Below, piece after piece: positions 59,493 through 64,000 of a DNA stretch of 64,000 nt. The stretch comes from Pelagibacteraceae bacterium (GTDB lineage: Bacteria; Pseudomonadota; Alphaproteobacteria; Pelagibacterales; Pelagibacteraceae): contig VTPD01000002.1 of NCBI GenBank assembly GCA_008638015.1, forward strand, positions 7,724 through 71,723, read 5' to 3'. Every line of letters starts with the position of its first letter. Within the stretch, counting starts at the first letter, position 1. The translations under genes and the position numbers were made by a program. The notes beneath the pieces are model-generated. The model was given only the letters and a program-made list of their open reading frames with translations. It ran no database searches and was not told where the DNA came from.

Positions 59493-62369
59493 CTAGGCTA
59501 TTTTTTTATATTTTTTTTCTAAAATTTTCTTCAGAAAATTTCCCGTATAACTTTCTTTGCAATGAATAATTTGTTCCGGTGTTCCTTGAAATAGAACATT
59601 ACCCCCATTAACTCCGCCATCTGGACCTATATCAACAATCCAATCAGCAGTTTTGATTACTTCCATATTATGTTCGATGACTACCACTGTGTTACCCTTT
59701 TGCACGAAAGCCTGTAGAACCTCTAGTAGTTTTTTAACGTCATGAACATGCAATCCAGTTGTAGGTTCGTCTAATATATAAATAGTTCTTCCCGTCGATC
59801 TTTTTGATAATTCTTTTGCTAACTTAATTCTTTGAGCCTCACCGCCCGATAGAGTAGTTGCTTGCTGACCAATTTTCATATAGCCAAGACCAACTTTTTG
59901 TAGAGTTAATAATTTATCTCTAATGGTTGGAATGTTTTGAAAAAAATCAGTTCCTTCATCAACGGACATGTCCAAAACATCAGCTATATTTTTATCTTTA
60001 TGTCTTACCTCTAATGTTTCTCTATTATATCTTTTTCCCTTACAAACATCACATTGAACATATACATCTGGCAAGAAATGCATCTCATATGTTATTACAC
60101 CATCCCCCTCACAGGCTTCGCATCTGCCGCCTTTTACGTTAAATGAAAATCTCCCTGGTTTATAACCTCTTGATTTTGCTTCTGGTAAAGCAGTAAACCA
60201 ATCTCTAATAGGCGTGAATGCTCCTGAATAAGTAGCCGGGTTTGATCTTGGGGTTCTTCCAATAGGTGATTGATCAATATCTATAATTTTATCTAAATAT
60301 TCATAACCTTTGATACCCTTGAAGGGATGTGGCATATTTCTTGTAATTGTTTTGTTAATCATTAAATTTAAGGCACGGTAAAGAGTATTCAAAACCAAAG
60401 TAGATTTGCCACTGCCAGATACGCCAGTTACACATGTAAATGTTCCCAAAGGGATTTTAACGTTAACATTTTTTAGGTTATTTCCAGTAGCACCTAAGAT
60501 TTCAATATACTTACCATTGATAGCTGACCTTCTATTTTTTGGTAAAGAAATAAATTTTCTTCCTGATAAATAATCTCCAGTTAAACTATTTTGATCTTTT
60601 GAAATTTTTTCATAATTTCCTTCAGACACAACTTCTCCACCATTAATTCCAGCTCCAGGACCCATGTCTATAATATGATCTGAATGCAACATTGCCTCTT
60701 CATCATGTTCAACTACAATGACTGTGTTACCTAAATCTCTAAGTCTTTTTAATGCGTTAAGTAGTTTAATATTGTCTTTTTGATGCAGACCAATAGAAGG
60801 CTCATCAAGTACATATAAAACACCAGTGAGACCAGATCCAATTTGTGAGGCCAATCTAATTCTTTGAGTTTCTCCACCAGATAGTGTTCCTGATCCACGA
60901 GATAAATTTAAGTAGTCTAATCCAACGTTAATTAAGAAATTTAATCTTTCATTAATTTCTTTTAAAATATGAGTAGCAATTTGATTTTCTCTATCAGTTA
61001 ATTTTATTGATAGAGATCCAAACCACTCATGCGCGTCTTTAATAGATAATTTTGCAACTTCACTAATATTTTTATGATTTATTTTAACACACAAAGCTTC
61101 TTCTTTAAGTCTTTGACCGCTACAACGTTCACATTCTTTTTCATTTTGATATTGACTTATTTCTTCTCTTTTCCAGTCACTATCAGTTTCCAGATACTTT
61201 CTTTGTAAATTATTTATAACACCTTCGAATGATTTTTTATTAGAATACTTTTCATACCCATCATCATAACTAAATTTAATCTCCTCATTATCTGAACCAT
61301 ATAAAATTATATCTTGAATTTTTTTAGGTAATTTTTTCCAATCGTCATTTAATGAAAAATTATAATGTTTTGCTAAAGAAGCTAAAGTTTGAGCATAGTA
61401 TAAACTGGATGATGTTGCCCAAGGTTTAATGGCTCCATCAATAAGAGATTTTCTATCATCTGGTACTACTAATTTAGGATCAATATATAAATCAACACCT
61501 AGACCCTCACATTCAGGACAAGCTCCATAAGGACTATTAAAAGAGAACAATCTTGGTTCTATTTCTTCTATTGTGAAACCACTTTCAGGACACGCAAATT
61601 TTGATGAAAAAACTAATTTTTCTATTTTTTGATGTTGTGTGGGAATATTTTCATTAACGTGTTCCACATAGACAAGTCCATCTGAAAGACTCAAGGCACT
61701 TTCTAAACTTTCAGCCAATCTTTTTTGTTCATTTTTTTTATTTAAAAGTTTATCGACTAAAACTTCAATATTATGAGTAATTTTTTTATTTAAATTTGGT
61801 GTATCATCGGTATCAAAAATTTCACCATCAATTTTAATTTTTGAAAAACCTCTTTTTTTTAAACCAAGAATTTCTTTTTTATATTCACCTTTACGTCCCC
61901 GAACGATTGGCGAAAAAATTGATATTCTTGAAGGCTGTGGTAACTCTAATATTTTGTCTACCATTTCAGATATTGTTTGTGATTTAATTGGTAAATTTGT
62001 AAATGGAGAAAAGGGTGTACCAACACGCGCGTATAAGACTCTCATATAATCATAAATTTCAGTAACAGTAGCAACTGTAGAGCGAGGATTTTTAGAAGTT
62101 GTTTTTTGTTCTATAGAAATAGCTGGTGACAAACCTTCAATTAGATCCACATTTGGTTTTTTCATGCGGTCCAGAAATTGCCTTGCGTATGCAGATAAGC
62201 TTTCGACGTATCTTCTTTGGCCTTCAGCATAAATTGTATCAAAGGCTAATGAAGATTTTCCCGATCCAGACAGTCCTGTAATGACTACAAGTTGATCTCT
62301 TGGTATTTCTACTGATAAATTTTTTAAATTGTGCTCTTTTGCACCTTTAACAACAATTTTTTTCATCAT
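59493..62369 (-). CDS. uvrA: Excinuclease ABC subunit A
   Basis: [27 protein letters not shown], zinc fingers, [24 protein letters not shown]. Confidence 0.99.
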   Translation of the reverse strand: MMKKIVVKGAKEHNLKNLSVEIPRDQLVVITGLSGSGKSSLAFDTIYAEGQRRYVESLSAYARQFLDRMKKPNVDLIEGLSPAISIEQKTTSKNPRSTVATVTEIYDYMRVLYARVGTPFSPFTNLPIKSQTISEMVDKILELPQPSRISIFSPIVRGRKGEYKKEILGLKKRGFSKIKIDGEIFDTDDTPNLNKKITHNIEVLVDKLLNKKNEQKRLAESLESALSLSDGLVYVEHVNENIPTQHQKIEKLVFSSKFACPESGFTIEEIEPRLFSFNSPYGACPECEGLGVDLYIDPKLVVPDDRKSLIDGAIKPWATSSSLYYAQTLASLAKHYNFSLNDDWKKLPKKIQDIILYGSDNEEIKFSYDDGYEKYSNKKSFEGVINNLQRKYLETDSDWKREEISQYQNEKECERCSGQRLKEEALCVKINHKNISEVAKLSIKDAHEWFGSLSIKLTDRENQIATHILKEINERLNFLINVGLDYLNLSRGSGTLSGGETQRIRLASQIGSGLTGVLYVLDEPSIGLHQKDNIKLLNALKRLRDLGNTVIVVEHDEEAMLHSDHIIDMGPGAGINGGEVVSEGNYEKISKDQNSLTGDYLSGRKFISLPKNRRSAINGKYIEILGATGNNLKNVNVKIPLGTFTCVTGVSGSGKSTLVLNTLYRALNLMINKTITRNMPHPFKGIKGYEYLDKIIDIDQSPIGRTPRSNPATYSGAFTPIRDWFTALPEAKSRGYKPGRFSFNVKGGRCEACEGDGVITYEMHFLPDVYVQCDVCKGKRYNRETLEVRHKDKNIADVLDMSVDEGTDFFQNIPTIRDKLLTLQKVGLGYMKIGQQATTLSGGEAQRIKLAKELSKRSTGRTIYILDEPTTGLHVHDVKKLLEVLQAFVQKGNTVVVIEHNMEVIKTADWIVDIGPDGGVNGGNVLFQGTPEQIIHCKESYTGNFLKKILEKKYKKIA

Positions 62370-62394
62370 TTAGATTGTGGATATATGTAATTTA

Positions 62395-62441
62395 ATTCAT
62401 TTAACATGCGGTATATGATATAAAAGATATTCATTTAACAT
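62395..62441. repeat. Perfect 13-bp direct repeat in the uvrA/ssb divergent spacer
   Basis: ATTCATTTAACAT at 62395-62407 and 62429-62441. Confidence 0.9.
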
Positions 62442-62467
62442 TAAAAAATAAGAGATAATATAATTAT

Positions 62468-62917
62468 ATGGCGGGTAGTTTAAATAAAGTTTTATTAATA
62501 GGTAGATTGGGTAACGATCCAGAAGTCAAGCAAATGCAAAATGGAAAAAGTGTTGCTAGACTTAGTATAGCTACAAGTGAAAACTGGAAAGATAAGAATT
62601 CAGGCGAAAAAAAAGAAAAAACAGAATGGCACAGAGTAGTTATTTTTAACGAAGGATTGGTCAATGTTGTGCAGCAATATCTAAAAAAAGGTGCTCAGGT
62701 TTATATAGAGGGACAACTTTCAACTAATAAATATACTGATAATAACGGACAAGAAAAATATAGTACGCAAATAGTATTACAGGGTTATAATTCAACATTA
62801 AAAATGTTGGGCGGCGGTAACCAAGGTGGTTCAATGTCTGATCAATCATCTTCTAGCTCATTACCATCGGATGAACCTATTCCTTCATCGGGATTAGATG
62901 ACGAAGTTCCTTTTTAA
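62468..62917 (+). CDS. ssb: Single-stranded DNA-binding protein
   Basis: NKVLLIGRLGNDPE, ATSENWKDK, TEWHRVV, acidic tail DDEVPF. Confidence 0.99.
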   Translation: MAGSLNKVLLIGRLGNDPEVKQMQNGKSVARLSIATSENWKDKNSGEKKEKTEWHRVVIFNEGLVNVVQQYLKKGAQVYIEGQLSTNKYTDNNGQEKYSTQIVLQGYNSTLKMLGGGNQGGSMSDQSSSSSLPSDEPIPSSGLDDEVPF

Positions 62918-62932
62918 TATTTTCTAAAGTTA

Positions 62933-64000
62933 ATGATCATAAAAAAAGTTGGAAATAGAAATATTACGGATGAAATGAAATCATCCTACTTATCGTACGC
63001 GATGAGTGTAATTGTTTCCAGAGCTTTACCAGATGCTAGAGATGGTTTGAAACCTGTTCATAGAAGAATCATTTACGCAATGTACAAAGGTGGCTACGAT
63101 TGGTCTAAACAGTTTAGAAAATCAGCAAGGGTTGTTGGTGATGTTATTGGTAAATATCATCCACATGGTGATCAAGCAGTTTATGATGCCCTTGTAAGAC
63201 TTGCTCAAGATTTTTCTATGAGTGTTACACTTCTTGATGGACAAGGTAACTTCGGTTCCTTGGATGGCGATAGAGCTGCTGCAATGAGATATACAGAAAC
63301 TAGACTAGCAAAAATTGCTGAATTTTTAATATCCGATATAGATAAAGAAACGGTAGATTTTCAAAATAATTATGATGACACAGAGCTTGAACCTGTAGTT
63401 TTGCCCGCTCAATATCCCAATCTTTTAGTTAATGGTGCTGGCGGTATAGCTGTTGGAATGGCTACAAATATTCCTCCTCATAACCTTGGTGAAGTTATAG
63501 ATGCCACTTTGGACTACATAGATAATAATGACATAAGTATAAAAGAATTAATGAAAAAAATTCCTGGACCGGATTTTCCAACTGGTGGAATTATTATTGG
63601 TAAAGAAGAAATAAAAAATGGATACGAAAAGGGAAGGGGTTCTATAAAAATTAGAGGTGAGGTCGAAGTTGAAGATGGTTTAAAAGATAGAAAAAAAATT
63701 ATTATAAAATCTGTTCCGTATCAAGTTAACAAAACAGTTTTAATTGAAAAAATAGCCTTACTAGTAAGAGATAAAAAAATAGAGGGCGTCTCTGATTTAA
63801 GAGATGAGTCAAATAAGGATGGAGTTAGAATAGTAATTGAAGTTAGAAAAGGGGTGTCTGAAAATATAATAATAAATCAATTATATAAATATTCTCCTCT
63901 TCAAAGTTCTTTTGGTTTCAATACTTTGGCAATTAATGAAAAAAAACCAGAGTTACTTGACCTAAAAAAATTCATTAAAATTTTTGTAGATTTTAGAGAA
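62933..64000 (+). CDS. gyrA: DNA gyrase subunit A, N-terminal part (runs off window edge)
   Basis: Not in ORF track; ATG 62933 gives ...[33 protein letters not shown]...HPHGD...AAMRYTE; ssb-gyrA synteny. Confidence 0.97.
   Translation, partial: MIIKKVGNRNITDEMKSSYLSYAMSVIVSRALPDARDGLKPVHRRIIYAMYKGGYDWSKQFRKSARVVGDVIGKYHPHGDQAVYDALVRLAQDFSMSVTLLDGQGNFGSLDGDRAAAMRYTETRLAKIAEFLISDIDKETVDFQNNYDDTELEPVVLPAQYPNLLVNGAGGIAVGMATNIPPHNLGEVIDATLDYIDNNDISIKELMKKIPGPDFPTGGIIIGKEEIKNGYEKGRGSIKIRGEVEVEDGLKDRKKIIIKSVPYQVNKTVLIEKIALLVRDKKIEGVSDLRDESNKDGVRIVIEVRKGVSENIIINQLYKYSPLQSSFGFNTLAINEKKPELLDLKKFIKIFVDFRE

Overview
This is a very AT-rich, extremely compact alphaproteobacterial chromosome segment. Gene content, short spacers and protein style fit Pelagibacterales (SAR11); that assignment is inference, and the subclade cannot be determined from the sequence. 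Most of the window is core genome in typical alphaproteobacterial order: topA (partial), plsY-pyrC-pyrB-ruvX, gatCAB, slt/dapA-smpB-folK-spoT-pyrE-pdxJ-acpS-lepB-rnc-era-recO-parC, hemB, rpiB-glyA-nrdR-rib operon-nusB, hppA, rpmF-plsX-ihfA, rplM-rpsI, argC-hom-glpX-recJ, recG/sdhE, yajC-secDF, uvrA/ssb and gyrA (partial). There are three tRNAs (Ser-GCT, Glu-TTC, Pro-TGG). The main accessory element is an ~8.2 kb cassette (671-8889) between topA and plsY, encoding a GltIJKL-type ABC importer, an aspartate-racemase-family enzyme, an alpha/beta hydrolase and a ProXVW-type importer with an unusually extended permease. The best candidates for undescribed biology are: (1) that cassette, as a possible D-amino acid or betaine-ester scavenging module; (2) a COG4122 O-methyltransferase overlapping trhO after gatCAB, a possible TrhO plus TrmR-like route to wobble 5-methoxyuridine; (3) rpoZ missing from its usual locus next to an internally shortened SpoT; (4) a perfect 13-bp direct repeat in the uvrA/ssb spacer, which has no LexA box. 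I found no CRISPR array, transposase, integrase, rRNA or clear pseudogene.
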